64,000 bases of DNA from an uncultured Candidatus Rokubacteria bacterium. Lineage in GTDB: Bacteria; Methylomirabilota; Methylomirabilia; Rokubacteriales; DASRDR01. The DNA lies in NCBI GenBank assembly GCA_963826115.1, contig CAWGVS010000005.1:640001-704000 (forward strand), given 5' to 3'. Shown piece after piece: positions 1-13,478 of the stretch (positions are counted from its first letter, which is position 1; each line of letters starts with the position of its first letter). A program made the translations under genes and the position numbers. The notes under the pieces are model-generated. The model was given only the letters and a program-made list of their open reading frames with translations, did not search any database and had not been told where the DNA came from.

Positions 1-23
1 AATCGAGCGGAGGCACGACGAGG

Positions 24-1445
24 ATGACGACGCCGCTCGATCCCATCAAGTTCGGCACGTCCGGGTGGCGTGCGCGGATGGCCGACACCTACACGTTCGC
101 GAACGTGCGGCGTCTCACCCGGGCCATCGCCGACCACCTCCGAGAGACGGGCGAGGCCGGGCGGGGCGTCGTCGTGGGCTACGACACGCGCTTCCTGTCC
201 GAGGACTTCGCTGCCGCCGCCGCGGGGACGCTGGCCGGGGCCGGCGTCCGGTGCCGCCTCGCGGTCCACGCGGTGCCGACGCCGACGGTGGCCCACGCCG
301 TCCTCCACCACCAGGCTGCGGCCGGCATCACGATCACGGCGAGCCACAATCCGGCGCCGGACAACGGGCTCAAGCTGTCCGGGCCGACCGGCGGGCCGGC
401 CCTGCCCGAGGTGACGCACGCGATCGAGGCGCGGGTCGCCGGTCTTCGGGACCCGGGCGCGATGCCGATTGCGGAGGCGCGGGCCGCCGGGCTCGTGGAG
501 TTCGCCGACTTCGCGCCCGCGTACCTCGAGCAGTGTCGGCGGCTCGTCGAGCTCGACACCATCCGGCGGGCGCGGCTCCGCGTGGTGGTGGACGTCATGT
601 ACGGCCCGGCGCTCGGCTATCTCGACCGGCTCCTCGAGGAGGCCGGCTGCGAGGTCACGCTGCTCCACGGGACGCGTGACGTGACGTTCGGCGGCCACCC
701 GCCGGAGCCCGCGGAGGAGCATCTGGGCGAGCTGATCCGGACCGTCCGCGAGCGCGGCGCGCACCTCGGGCTCGCCACCGACGGCGACGCCGACCGCTTC
801 GGAGTGGTCGATCGCGACGGGACCGTGCTGGCCCCGAACCCGATCCTCGCGCTCATCCTCCGGCATCTCCTCGGGCACCGGGGCTGGCGGGGCGGCGTGG
901 CGCGGAGTGTCGCGACGACGCACCTCCTCGACGCGCTCGCAAAGCGGCACGACTGCGAGCTCCACGAGACGCCCGTCGGCTTCAAGTACCTGGGCGACCT
1001 CATCACCCAGGGGCGCGCCATGTTCGGCGGCGAGGAGTCGGGCGGCATGAGCCTCCGCGGCCATCCGCCGGAGAAGGACGGGATCCTCGCCTGCCTCCTG
1101 GCGGCCGAGGTGGCGGCCGTGGAAGGCGTGGCCCTCGGCGCCGTGCTGGAGCGGCTCTACGGCGAGGTGGGGCGGCTTCTCTCCGTGCGGATCAACGTGC
1201 CGCTCTCCGAAACGGTGCGGCAGGCGCTGCCCGCGCGCATGGCCGCCCCGCCGGCGACGCTCGGCCGCTGGGCGGTCAAGCGGGCACAGACCACGGACGG
1301 CCTGAAACTTTACCTGGACGGCGGCGCGTGGGTGCTCGTGCGGGCGTCGGGCACCGAGCCGGTGGCCCGGCTCTACGTCGAGGCAGAGGACGCCGCGTCG
1401 CTCGGGGCCCTCCGGGACGCCGCCCAGCGGCACTTCTTCGCGTGA
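24..1445 (+). CDS. phosphoglucomutase/phosphomannomutase family protein
   Basis: FGTSGWR N-terminus, TASHNP phosphoserine motif, DGDADR metal loop, GEESGG sugar-binding motif, RASGTEP C-terminal motif. Confidence 0.95.
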   Translation: MTTPLDPIKFGTSGWRARMADTYTFANVRRLTRAIADHLRETGEAGRGVVVGYDTRFLSEDFAAAAAGTLAGAGVRCRLAVHAVPTPTVAHAVLHHQAAAGITITASHNPAPDNGLKLSGPTGGPALPEVTHAIEARVAGLRDPGAMPIAEARAAGLVEFADFAPAYLEQCRRLVELDTIRRARLRVVVDVMYGPALGYLDRLLEEAGCEVTLLHGTRDVTFGGHPPEPAEEHLGELIRTVRERGAHLGLATDGDADRFGVVDRDGTVLAPNPILALILRHLLGHRGWRGGVARSVATTHLLDALAKRHDCELHETPVGFKYLGDLITQGRAMFGGEESGGMSLRGHPPEKDGILACLLAAEVAAVEGVALGAVLERLYGEVGRLLSVRINVPLSETVRQALPARMAAPPATLGRWAVKRAQTTDGLKLYLDGGAWVLVRASGTEPVARLYVEAEDAASLGALRDAAQRHFFA

Positions 1446-1474
1446 GCCCCGCCGGGACCGCGCCGCGTTCGCGC

Positions 1475-2305
1475 ATGCGCCTCGACGAGCTCCTCGTCGA
1501 GCGCGGCCTCGCGTCGAGCCGCGCCGAGGCCGCGCGCCTGATCCTCGCCGGCCAGGTGCGGCTGCCCGGCGGCGCGCTCGCCAAGGCGGGACGCCTGGTG
1601 GCGCCGGGGACCGCGGTGGAACGGGTGGCGCAAGCCCCCTTCGTCGGGCGCGGCGGCGAGAAGCTGGCGCCGGCGCTGGACGCCTTCGACGTCCGGGTGG
1701 ACGGTCGCGTCTGCCTGGACGTGGGCGCGTCCACCGGCGGCTTCACCGACTGCCTGCTTCTCCGCGGGGCGGCGGGGGTCCACGCGATCGACGTCGGGCA
1801 CGGCCAGCTCCATCCGCGGCTTCGCGCGGACGCCCGCGTCGTCGTGTGGGAGGGCGTCAACGCGCGCCACCTCGAGCCGGCCCGGTTTCCCGACGGGCCG
1901 AGCCTCGCGACGATCGACGTCTCCTTCATCTCGCTCGACAAGGTGCTGCCCGCGGTCTCGGCGTGCCTCGTCGCCCCGGCGGAGATCGTGGCCCTCGTGA
2001 AGCCGCAGTTCGAGGTTGGCCGCGGTCAGGTGGGCAAGGGCGGCGTGGTGCGCGCGTGGGCCGCGCGGCGGGACGTGGTCCGCGGCGTGGCCGCCGCGGC
2101 GGCGCGACTGGGCCTGGTCACGCTCGGCGTGGCTCCGTCGGCCCTCCACGGCCCGAAGGGGAACCGCGAGGTCTTCCTCCACCTCGCTCGCGACCCCGGG
2201 CCGCGCGTGCCGCTCGAGGGCGACACGCTCGAGGCTGCGCTCGCCGAGGCGGTGCCGGCCGAGGACCGCCTCGCCGGGGCGCGAGCGGAGCGGGGACGGC
2301 CGTGA
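1475..2305 (+). CDS. tlyA: TlyA family rRNA methyltransferase (S4 + FtsJ-like MTase)
   Basis: MRLDELLVERGLASSR S4 start, GRGGEKL, LDVGASTGGFTDCLL, DVSFISL, LVKPQFE, GPKGNREVF; alternative GTG start at 1442 overlapping the upstream stop. Confidence 0.95.
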   Translation: MRLDELLVERGLASSRAEAARLILAGQVRLPGGALAKAGRLVAPGTAVERVAQAPFVGRGGEKLAPALDAFDVRVDGRVCLDVGASTGGFTDCLLLRGAAGVHAIDVGHGQLHPRLRADARVVVWEGVNARHLEPARFPDGPSLATIDVSFISLDKVLPAVSACLVAPAEIVALVKPQFEVGRGQVGKGGVVRAWAARRDVVRGVAAAAARLGLVTLGVAPSALHGPKGNREVFLHLARDPGPRVPLEGDTLEAALAEAVPAEDRLAGARAERGRP

Positions 2306-2417
2306 GCCCACGGGCCGCCACAGGCCGATGGCCGTTCGATCGGATCCGTGCGATCAACCCCTGCGCAGCGAGGGTAGCCCCGTGAGCGCAACCGAGGGTG
2401 GAAAGGGGAGGGGACGG

Positions 2418-3278
2418 ATGCGGCGCGTCGGGATCGTCGCGCGGCGGGACCGGGCGGAGGCGCGCGAGGTGACGCGCGGCCTCGTCCAGTGGCTCGTCGC
2501 CCAGGGGCGCGAGGTCGTCGTCGACACCGAGACGGCGGCGGCGCTCGCCCTTCCCGGCGTGACCGTCGCGGATCGGCAGGCCCTGCCGGGGAAGGTCGAC
2601 CTGATCGTCGTCCTCGGCGGAGACGGCACGCTCCTGTCGGTCGCGCGCTTGGTGGACGGTCGCGACGTCCCGATCCTCGGCGTGAACCTGGGCGGTCTCG
2701 GCTTCCTGACGGCGACCACGCTCGAGGCGCTCTTCCCGACGCTCGAGGCGGTGCTGCGCGGCGAGTACGCCGCCGAGGAGCGCCTGGTCCTGACGGTGAC
2801 CCTGACGCGGGCCGGCGCCTCCCTGGCGGAGCTGCTGGCCCTCAACGACGTCGTGGTGGCGAAGGGAGCCCTCGGGCGGCTGATCGACCTGGACGTTCGC
2901 GCCGACGGCCAGCCGATGACCGCCTACCGCGCCGACGGCCTCATCATCGCCACCCCCACCGGCTCGACGGCCTACAACCTGTCGGCGGCGGGGCCGATCC
3001 TCTTCCCCACGATGGATGCCGTGGTCCTGACCCCCATCTGCTCGCACACGCTGACGAATCGCCCCATCGTTCTGCCCGCGTCGATTGCCCTGGAAGTGAC
3101 CCTCCTGAGCGACGCCCCCGACGTCGTCCTGTCCGTGGACGGTCAGCCAGGCCCCCCGCTCGCCGCCGGAGACGTGGTGCGTGTCGGCCAGGCGGCGGCT
3201 CGGATCCGGCTGATCCGGGACCCTCGGAAATCCTACTTCGAGGTGCTGCGTACAAAGCTAAAATGGGGCGAACGCTGA
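2418..3278 (+). CDS. nadK: NAD(+) kinase
   Basis: LGGDGTLL, GVNLGGLGFL, LND, DGLIIATPTGSTAYNLSAAGP; ATG at 2418 after a purine-rich RBS; tlyA-nadK-recN synteny. Confidence 0.96.
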   Translation: MRRVGIVARRDRAEAREVTRGLVQWLVAQGREVVVDTETAAALALPGVTVADRQALPGKVDLIVVLGGDGTLLSVARLVDGRDVPILGVNLGGLGFLTATTLEALFPTLEAVLRGEYAAEERLVLTVTLTRAGASLAELLALNDVVVAKGALGRLIDLDVRADGQPMTAYRADGLIIATPTGSTAYNLSAAGPILFPTMDAVVLTPICSHTLTNRPIVLPASIALEVTLLSDAPDVVLSVDGQPGPPLAAGDVVRVGQAAARIRLIRDPRKSYFEVLRTKLKWGER

Positions 3279-3299
3279 TCAATCCGGAGGCGCGCTGGG

Positions 3300-5012
3300 G
3301 TGCTGAGAGAGCTCAGAGTCCGTAACCTCGCGGTCATCGAGTCCCTGACCGTTCCGTTCGGTCCGGGGCTCAACGTCCTGACCGGCGAGACAGGCGCAGG
3401 GAAGTCGATCATCATCGACGCCCTGACCCTCCTCCTCGGCGAGCGCGCCCAGCCGGCCGAGACGATCCGGAGCGGCGCGGAGACGGCGACCATCGAGGCC
3501 GTCTTCGACGCGCGCCGGAAGAGCCCCGTCGCCGCGGTCCTCCAGGAGCACGGCATCCCACTGGAGGACGGCCAGCTGGTCGTGCGTCGGGAGCTCGTGC
3601 GTGGCGGGCGGGGGCGGGTGTTCCTGAACGACGCGAACACGACCCTCGCGCTGCTCGAGCGGCTGGGCGAGGTCCTGGTCGAGGTCCACGGCCAGCACGA
3701 GCACCAGGCCCTCCTCCGGCCGGGGCGGCATCTCGACCTCCTGGATGCCTTCGCGGGCCTCGGGATCCTCCGCGACCGGCTCCGCCAGCGCCACGACGAG
3801 TGGCGGAGCGCCTCGTCCGACCTCGACACGCTCCGGACCACGGCCCGCGACCAGGTCGCCCGGACGGCCCAGTACCGGGAGACCATCGCGGAGATCGACG
3901 CGGCGCACCTCCGGCCGCAGGAGGAGGAGGAGCTGCGCGAGGAGCGCCGGCGCCTGATGAACGCCGAGCGCCTGGCGGAGGGCGCGTCGGGGGCGTACCG
4001 CGAGCTCTACGACGATCCCGCCTCGGCGGTCGAGCGGGCGGGCCGCGCGGCAAGCCTCCTCCGCGACCTGGCGCGCGTCGATCCCGCGGTCCAGGCGACG
4101 GTCCAGGCGCTCGACACCGCGCTGGTGCAGCTCGACGAGACCGCGCGGACCCTCCGGAGCTACCGCGACGGCATCGTGTTCGACCCGCCGCGCCTCGAGG
4201 TGATCGAGCGGCGGCTGGACGACGTCAGCCGGCTGAAGCGGAAGTACGGCGAGACGGTGGACGCGGTCCTCGCGCTCCGGGTGCGGCTCGAGTCCGAGCT
4301 GGAGGGTCTGTCGCGAGCCGGCGAGGACGAGGGGCGCCTGGCGGAGCGCGTGGAGCGGCTGCGCACCGAGCTGGTCACGCGCGCGACCGACCTCGCCGAG
4401 CGGCGTGACCAGGCCGTTGGCCGGTTGGAGGGCGCGGTGCTCGCGGAGCTCGCGGCGCTCGACCTCGAGGGCGCGGCGTTCCGCGTCCGTCTGGTCCGGG
4501 ACCGGGCCGGCCACGGGGAGCTCGGCGTGGGCCCCGAGGGCTGGCGCCTCGGCCCCAAGGGCGTCGACCAGGCGGAGTTCCTGTTCTCGGCCAACGCCGG
4601 GGAAGACGCCCGGCCGCTCGCCCGCATCGCCTCGGGCGGCGAGCTCTCCCGCACGATGCTCGCGCTCAAGGTCGTACTGGCGGCCACCGACGCGGTGCCG
4701 GTGTTGATCTTCGACGAGGTGGACGTCGGCATCGGGGGCAAGACGGCCGACACCGTGGGCAAGAAGCTCCGCCAGGTGGCCAGGACTCGGCAGGTCCTCT
4801 GCGTCACGCATCTCCCCCAGATCGCGGCCTACGCCGACCAGCACTTCCGGGTCGAGAAGCGCGAGGAGGAGGGGCGCACGGCGACGACGGTCGGCGTCCT
4901 GGTCAAGAACGACCGGGTGCGCGAGGTGGCCCGGATGCTGGGCGGCGAGTCGGTCACCGACACGAGCCTCCAGCACGCGCTCGAGCTCATCACCCAGGCG
5001 CGAGGGAAGTGA
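3300..5012 (+). CDS. recN: DNA repair protein RecN
   Basis: [10 protein letters not shown] Walker A, coiled coil, ASGGELSR signature, [21 protein letters not shown]. Confidence 0.97.
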   Translation: MLRELRVRNLAVIESLTVPFGPGLNVLTGETGAGKSIIIDALTLLLGERAQPAETIRSGAETATIEAVFDARRKSPVAAVLQEHGIPLEDGQLVVRRELVRGGRGRVFLNDANTTLALLERLGEVLVEVHGQHEHQALLRPGRHLDLLDAFAGLGILRDRLRQRHDEWRSASSDLDTLRTTARDQVARTAQYRETIAEIDAAHLRPQEEEELREERRRLMNAERLAEGASGAYRELYDDPASAVERAGRAASLLRDLARVDPAVQATVQALDTALVQLDETARTLRSYRDGIVFDPPRLEVIERRLDDVSRLKRKYGETVDAVLALRVRLESELEGLSRAGEDEGRLAERVERLRTELVTRATDLAERRDQAVGRLEGAVLAELAALDLEGAAFRVRLVRDRAGHGELGVGPEGWRLGPKGVDQAEFLFSANAGEDARPLARIASGGELSRTMLALKVVLAATDAVPVLIFDEVDVGIGGKTADTVGKKLRQVARTRQVLCVTHLPQIAAYADQHFRVEKREEEGRTATTVGVLVKNDRVREVARMLGGESVTDTSLQHALELITQARGK

Positions 5013-5061
5013 TCGCGCGCTCCGCCGGGCGTCCCCGCCGGCCCCGCTTGATCCGGGGGAG

Positions 5062-5067
5062 TACAAT
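5062..5067 (+). promoter_or_regulatory. candidate sigma70 -10 box (TACAAT) for secA
   Basis: AT-rich hexamer 9 nt upstream of the secA ATG in otherwise GC-rich DNA; would give a near-leaderless transcript. Confidence 0.4.
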
Positions 5068-5076
5068 AGGCCTGCC

Positions 5077-7854
<2,778 letters not shown>

Positions 7855-8000
7855 CGCCCGCTCCCCGGCGGGGCCGGCACGTCCGGTCGCCGGGCCCCTC
7901 CCGCATCAACCTGTAGGGTCGCCGGGCGCGCATTGCGCCCACCCCTGGTATTTTTCCCTTGGACCGATCCCGGGGCTCGTGCTATCAGTCTGTGACGGTC

Positions 8001-11000
8001 ATGCGGCTCCAGAGCGTCACGCTGTTCGGCTTCAAGTCGTTCGCGGATCGCACCGACGTGCGCATCCTCCCGGGGATCACTGCCATCGTCGGCCCGAACG
8101 GCTGCGGGAAGTCCAACATCTCGGACGCGCTCCGCTGGGCGCTCGGCGAGCAGAGCGCGAAGGCCCTCCGCGGCCACCGCATGGAGGACGTGATTTTCCA
8201 CGGCTCGGCGTCGCGCCGGCCGCTCGGACTGTCCGAGGTCCTTCTCACGTTCTCGAACGATGGCGAGCTGGCGGTTCCGTGGAGTGAGGTCGGTCTCGGG
8301 CGGCGCCTCTACCGCGACGGTGAGTCGGAGTACCTCCTCAACAAGCAGGTCTGCCGGCTGAAGGACATCCACGATCTCTTCCTCGGCACCGGCGTCAACC
8401 CGAAGGCCTACGCGCTCATGGAGCAGGAGCGGCTGGCCCAGATCCTGACCGCGAAGCCGCTCGACCGGCGGGTGTTCGTGGAAGAGGCCGCGGGGATCAC
8501 CCGGTACAAGCTCCAGCGGGCGGAGACGCTCACCAAGCTCGAGGCGACGCGCCAGAACCTTCTGCGCGTCCGCGACGTGATGGACGAGGTGAAGCGGCAG
8601 CTCGGCTCGCTGGAGCGCCAGGCCAAGAAGGCCCAGCAGCACAAGGCCCTGCAGGCCGAGCGGCGGACCATCGAGGTCGCCCTCCTGGCCGCCGAGCACG
8701 CCGGGCTCGCGGGGGAGGAGGAGCGCCTCGGCCGCGAGGAGGCCACGGAGCGCGCGCAGGTGGAGCTCGGCCAGACGCGCGTGGCGGCGCAGGGCGCGGC
8801 GGTCGAGCTCGCGCGCGCGGACGTGATGGGCGCCGAGCAGCGCGCCGCGGAGGCGCGTCACGCCCTCCAGCGCGCGGAGCTCGAGCTCGAGGGCTGCATC
8901 GGCCGGGCCGAGCAGCTCCGCCTGGTCGAGCGGGACCTGGGCGCCGAGGTGAGCCGGCTCGGCGAGGAGGCCGAGGCCCTCTCCCTGAAGGTGAAGGCGC
9001 TCGCCGAGGAGCGACGGAGCAAGGGGACGCTCCTCGAAGCCCTCCAGCGCGACTACGTCGACCTCGAGGCGCGGGCCCGGACCGAGGAGGCGGCGCTGGA
9101 CGAGTTGCGGGTCCGCCTGCGGGGCGCCCGCGAGGCCGCGGAGACCCTGCGCCGGGACCAGGTCGGGCTCGCCGGCCACCGGACCGAGCTCGGGCAGATC
9201 CTGGGGGCCCTCGACGAGCGGGGGGAGCACCTCCACCGCCGCCTGCACCGCCTGAAGGCCGAGCGCACCGAAGCCGAGGCCGAGCGCGCCCGCATCGAGA
9301 CGGCGCGGGGCGTGGCCAGCGAGCGCGTGGGCGCCGCGGCGGCGCGCCTGGCCGCGCTCGAGGTCGAGCTCAGGGAGCTGGCCACGGACGCGGCGGCGGC
9401 GTCGGCGGAGCGCGCCGCCGCGACGGAGGCCGGCGAGGCCTGCCGGGTCGCCCTTGCCGGCCGGCGGTCGAGCCTCTCCGCGCTGGAGGAGCTCGAGGCC
9501 CAGCGCGCCGGCTACGCCCAGGGCGTGCAGGCCGTCTTCGCCGCCGCCGGCGACGCGCGCCTCCGCGGCGTGGTCGGGACCGTCGCCGACCTCCTCGAGG
9601 TGCCGAGAGAGCTCGAGCACGCCGTCGAGGCGGTGCTGGGCGAGCGCCTCCAGTGGGTGGTGATGGAGACGTTCGAGGCCGCGAAGGCGGCGCTCGGGTA
9701 TCTCGGCCGCTCGGGGGGCGGGCAGGCGACGTTCCTGCCGCTCGACTGGCTCAACGGGACGGAGAAGACGCACGTCGGCACGGACCCCGGCGTCGTGGGG
9801 CTCGCGGAGGCGCTCGTGGCCTCGGGCCACCCGCGGCTCGTCGCGAACCTCCTCGGCTCGGTCGTCGTCGTGCGCGACCTCGGGTCGGCGGAGCGCCTCT
9901 ACTCGCAGAACGGCCACGGGACGAGCTTCGTCACGGTGGGCGGTGAGGTGCTGAGCCCACCGGGCGCGCTCGGGGGCGGTCGGGCCTCGGGCGGGGGTGA
10001 TGCCTCGCTGCTCGCGCGGAAGCGTTCCATCCGCGATCTCGGCGGCGAGATCCGGCGCTTGGAGGCGGAGCTCGAGCAGACGCTCGAGCGAGGGCGCCGC
10101 GCGGAGGCGCGGGTCGCCGCGCTCGACGACACGCAGCGGGCGCGCGCCGCCGCGCGGGAAGGCGCGGAGGCCGACCGGCTGTCGGCGTCGAAGGACCTCG
10201 AGCAGGTGGTCCGCGAGGCGGAGCGGGTCGGGCTCATGGCCGAGGGGATCCGGGCGGAGATCGCCCAGCTCCGTGGGGACGCCGCGTCGGTCGAGGCCGA
10301 GGCGCGGACGCAGCGGGAGACGCTCGCCGAGGTCGAGTCGACCGCGGCGCGGGTGGCCTCCGAGATCGCCGAGCTCCTGGGGCGGATCGACGTCGATTCC
10401 CACGACGAGGCCCGGCGCTCGCAGGCGTTCCTGGACGCCCAGGTGGAGCTGGCCGCCCTCGCCGGTCGCGTCGACACGCTCCAGACCGACCTCGTGCGGA
10501 ATCAGACCGACGACGGCGAGGCGCAGGAGCGCATCCGGGCGGGAGAGGAGCGGCTCCAGGGGCTACGGGGGCGCCTCGAGGAGGGCGCGCTCGAGCGCCG
10601 CCGGCTGGACGCGCGCGCCGAGACGATCCGCGCCGAGCGCGACCAGACCGAGTCCGTGGCCCGGGTGACCGCCGAGGCGATGCGGGAGCGCGCGGAGGCC
10701 GTGACCCGGGCCGCCGACGAGCTCCGCGCGAGCGAGGTCGAGCTCCACCGTGCGAGCCGCGCGGTGCAGGAGCACGCGATCCGCCTGGCCGAGATCCGGG
10801 TCCGCCGCCAGGACCTCGAGGCCGACGCCCGGCGCCGCTTCGAGGTCGATGCGGACGGGCTCCGCCTGGCCCACGACCCGGCGCGCGATCTCGGGGAGGC
10901 GCAGGCCCGTCTGGAGACGATCACGCAGCGCATCGCCGCCCTCGAGCCCGTGAACCTCATCGCCGACGAGGAGTACCGGGAGCTCGACGAGCGGCTCGGC

Positions 11001-11543
11001 TTCCTCCGGACCCAGCACGACGATCTGTCCTCGTCGATGCGGGACCTGGAGAAGGCGCTCCGCGGGATGACCCGGACCGCGCAGGAGCGGTTCCTCGAGG
11101 CGTTCGAGGCCATCAACCGGAACTTCCAGGACCTCTTCGCTCGACTCTTCGAGGGCGGGCGCGCCGAGCTCCGCCTGGTGGAGGCGCCCGAGGGCGGCGA
11201 CCCGCTCGACACGGGCATCGAGATGGTCGCCCAGCCGCGCGGGAAGCGCCTCCAGGCGATCTCGCTGCTCTCCGGCGGCGAGAAGGCGCTCACGGGCCTG
11301 GCGCTGCTGTTCGCGATCTTCTACTACCGGCCGAGCCCCTTCTGCCTGCTGGACGAGGTGGACGCGCCGCTCGACGACGCGAACATCCACCGGTTCACGC
11401 GGGTCCTCCGGGAGCTGTCCGGCCAGACGCAGTTCATCGTGATCACCCACAACCGGAAGACCATGGAGGCGGCCGACGTCCTGTACGGCGTCACCATGGA
11501 GGAGCCGGGGCTCTCGAGGATCGTCTCGGTCAGCCTCGCCTGA
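8001..11543 (+). CDS. smc: chromosome segregation protein SMC
   Basis: FGFKSFAD, GPNGCGKSNI Walker A, long coiled coils with central hinge, LSGGEK signature, LLDEVDAPLDD Walker B. Confidence 0.98.
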   Translation: MRLQSVTLFGFKSFADRTDVRILPGITAIVGPNGCGKSNISDALRWALGEQSAKALRGHRMEDVIFHGSASRRPLGLSEVLLTFSNDGELAVPWSEVGLGRRLYRDGESEYLLNKQVCRLKDIHDLFLGTGVNPKAYALMEQERLAQILTAKPLDRRVFVEEAAGITRYKLQRAETLTKLEATRQNLLRVRDVMDEVKRQLGSLERQAKKAQQHKALQAERRTIEVALLAAEHAGLAGEEERLGREEATERAQVELGQTRVAAQGAAVELARADVMGAEQRAAEARHALQRAELELEGCIGRAEQLRLVERDLGAEVSRLGEEAEALSLKVKALAEERRSKGTLLEALQRDYVDLEARARTEEAALDELRVRLRGAREAAETLRRDQVGLAGHRTELGQILGALDERGEHLHRRLHRLKAERTEAEAERARIETARGVASERVGAAAARLAALEVELRELATDAAAASAERAAATEAGEACRVALAGRRSSLSALEELEAQRAGYAQGVQAVFAAAGDARLRGVVGTVADLLEVPRELEHAVEAVLGERLQWVVMETFEAAKAALGYLGRSGGGQATFLPLDWLNGTEKTHVGTDPGVVGLAEALVASGHPRLVANLLGSVVVVRDLGSAERLYSQNGHGTSFVTVGGEVLSPPGALGGGRASGGGDASLLARKRSIRDLGGEIRRLEAELEQTLERGRRAEARVAALDDTQRARAAAREGAEADRLSASKDLEQVVREAERVGLMAEGIRAEIAQLRGDAASVEAEARTQRETLAEVESTAARVASEIAELLGRIDVDSHDEARRSQAFLDAQVELAALAGRVDTLQTDLVRNQTDDGEAQERIRAGEERLQGLRGRLEEGALERRRLDARAETIRAERDQTESVARVTAEAMRERAEAVTRAADELRASEVELHRASRAVQEHAIRLAEIRVRRQDLEADARRRFEVDADGLRLAHDPARDLGEAQARLETITQRIAALEPVNLIADEEYRELDERLGFLRTQHDDLSSSMRDLEKALRGMTRTAQERFLEAFEAINRNFQDLFARLFEGGRAELRLVEAPEGGDPLDTGIEMVAQPRGKRLQAISLLSGGEKALTGLALLFAIFYYRPSPFCLLDEVDAPLDDANIHRFTRVLRELSGQTQFIVITHNRKTMEAADVLYGVTMEEPGLSRIVSVSLA

Positions 11544-11721
11544 CGACCGACTATCCGGAAGCGCGGACGGACGAGCTCTTGCCGACGCGGTTGCGCGCCC
11601 GCTTGTTGCAGATGAACGCCGTGGTGCGAAGCCTTGCCAGTTGTCGCTTCCACATGCCGGGTGACTGGTGACTTCAGGACGCTGACTCTCGCCGACCTGT
11701 CTGCTCCGAGAGAGCGGAGCT

Positions 11722-11783
11722 GCGGTCCTGTGGATCAGGCATTTCCCTCGGCCACGCCCGACGAGTCCGACCCGAAGCGTCAG
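11722..11783 (-). pseudogene. decayed N-terminal remnant of a Gfo/Idh/MocA oxidoreductase (third cassette copy)
   Basis: Reads LTLRVGLVGRGRGKCLIHR, overlapping the cupin stop exactly as in the other copies (MTLGIGLVGCGRWGRLIRR, VTQRVGLIGCGRWGRLILR); similarity is lost afterwards. Confidence 0.7.
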
Positions 11784-12346
11784 GTGGCGCTCGGGCCGGG
11801 AACGGAGCCGTAGGCCGACAACCAGGCCTGCAGGAACTCTTGTACGAGGCTCGGATAGTCCCCCGCGGTGGCATCCCGTTCCGACAGGGTGGGCGCGGTC
11901 GTCGGCCACGAGAGGCGCAGCTCGGGAGAGTTCCAGCGGCACCCGAGCTCGTCGTTCGGGTCCCAGTAGCGGGAGGTTCCGTAGACCAGGACCGTCGGCT
12001 CGGGAGCGTAGAGGCCGTGCGCCACGCCCACGGGAACGACGACAGCACGAGGGGTCCGCGCGTCCAACTCGAGCAGCTGCGACGAGCCGACGGTGGGGGA
12101 CCACGGGCGAAGGTCGTGGAGCCCGAGCAGCATGCGGCCCGCGGCTGGCACGAGGTGATCCACATGGCGCACGTGCACGTGGACGCCGCGCAGCACGCCG
12201 GCCGCGCTCGTCATCACGTTCCACTGGACGGGCTGGCAGCCGAGGTTCCAGGCCTCGCGGAAGATCTCGAGGAGCATGCCCCGATTATCGGCGTGGGGGG
12301 TCAAGGGGCGGATGACAACGCCGTCGGGCAGCGCTGCGTCTAGCAT
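11780..12346 (-). CDS. dTDP-sugar epimerase/isomerase cupin (RmlC/dTDP-4-dehydrorhamnose 3,5-epimerase family), copy A
   Basis: DNRG..EIFR, GVLRGVHVH, VAHGLY, RWNSPEL..WP...LSERD typical of the RmlC-like fold. Confidence 0.85.
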   Translation of the reverse strand: MLDAALPDGVVIRPLTPHADNRGMLLEIFREAWNLGCQPVQWNVMTSAAGVLRGVHVHVRHVDHLVPAAGRMLLGLHDLRPWSPTVGSSQLLELDARTPRAVVVPVGVAHGLYAPEPTVLVYGTSRYWDPNDELGCRWNSPELRLSWPTTAPTLSERDATAGDYPSLVQEFLQAWLSAYGSVPGPSAT

Positions 12347-12657
12347 AGGGCCGCCTCTACCCTAGCATCCCGAAGTCATCGACCGGGAGTGAAGAGGTCT
12401 GGCCGGAATCGTTCTGAGGCCAGACTCGATGATTTGGCCGGCGGCGTGCCTAGGATTCTTGTTGAGGCCGCTCACATCACCGGCCTATCATCGGCAGGGA
12501 AGGGTGTCGGCCGCGACTGTCGAGGTGGATCGACCATGGCCGCGGGTCGGCGCGTTCTCGCCGGGCGTCCCGACGTCATGAGGAACATCGTGACCCATGG
12601 GAGTGTCGAGCAGCACATGGTGGACGCAGGGGCTCGCTTCGCGCGCGCCACGATGGC

Positions 12658-13428
12658 ATGGGCAAGATCCTGACCGACCCTCAGATCGCGCAGTACGTGG
12701 CTCAGGGCTACGTCGCTCCGATTCCCGTTCTCACGCGCGCGCAGGCGGACCGGTATCGGGAGGAGCTGGAACGGTTCCTCGATGCAAGCGGAGGCGCGGA
12801 TCCGCGGGCGCCGGTCCTCCGGACGAAAGTGCATTTGCGCTGTCCGGTCCTGCTCGAGCTGGTCTCGATGCCGGCGATCCTCGACGCAGTGGCAGACGTT
12901 CTCGGCCCTGATCTCCTCTGCCGGTCGTCCAGCGTGTTTCTCAAGCTGCCGGGGGGCGCCACCTACGTGGCGTGGCACCAGGACGCGGCGTACTGGGAGC
13001 TGGAGCCGCCGGACGTGGCGACGGCATGGGTGGCGTTGACCGACAGCACAGAGGAGAACGGCGCGCTCCAGGTGCTGCCGGGCAGTCATCGCGCGCCGCT
13101 GATGCCACACGGGGAGCTCGGTGATCCAGCCAACCTGCTCTCGCGGGGGCAGGGAATCACGGTCCCGATCGACGCGAGCCGTGTGGTCTCCCTCGTCCTG
13201 CGGGCGGGTGAGATCTCGATCCACCACGTGGGGTTAGCACACGGCTCCCGGCCGAACGCGGCGGCCACGCGCCGGATCGGCTTCGCGATCAGGTATGTTG
13301 CCGCTCACGTGCGCAACACCAGGGGACGCCGGGACAGCGCCATGCTCGTCCGGGGCGTCGACCGCTTCAGGCACTTCGACGCGGAGCGGACCGAGGGCCC
13401 CTGGCCGTCGAGTGTCAAGCGCGGCTAG
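12658..13428 (+). CDS. phytanoyl-CoA dioxygenase (PhyH) family Fe(II)/2-oxoglutarate dioxygenase
   Basis: WHQD (HxD), WVALTDSTEENGALQVLPGSH, distal LAHGS His and RRIGFAIRY Arg. Confidence 0.92.
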   Translation: MGKILTDPQIAQYVAQGYVAPIPVLTRAQADRYREELERFLDASGGADPRAPVLRTKVHLRCPVLLELVSMPAILDAVADVLGPDLLCRSSSVFLKLPGGATYVAWHQDAAYWELEPPDVATAWVALTDSTEENGALQVLPGSHRAPLMPHGELGDPANLLSRGQGITVPIDASRVVSLVLRAGEISIHHVGLAHGSRPNAAATRRIGFAIRYVAAHVRNTRGRRDSAMLVRGVDRFRHFDAERTEGPWPSSVKRG

Positions 13429-13478
13429 CTCGGGCCGATCCCGATGCGCCGCCGCATGCGCCACCCAGACCTGCGCGA

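Noticed and set aside
7855-7900. Intrinsic terminator after secA
   Set aside because: GC-rich stem present but no U-tract; indistinguishable from background at this GC content
11544-11720. tRNA/att site or integrase at the island boundary
   Set aside because: No tRNA-like motif, no long direct repeat shared with the right boundary (~49400-49560) and no recombinase ORF seen
12536-12657. Peptide MAAGRRVLAGRPDVMRNIVTHG resembling a GT4 C-terminal motif
   Set aside because: Too short and degenerate to support a pseudogene call without a search
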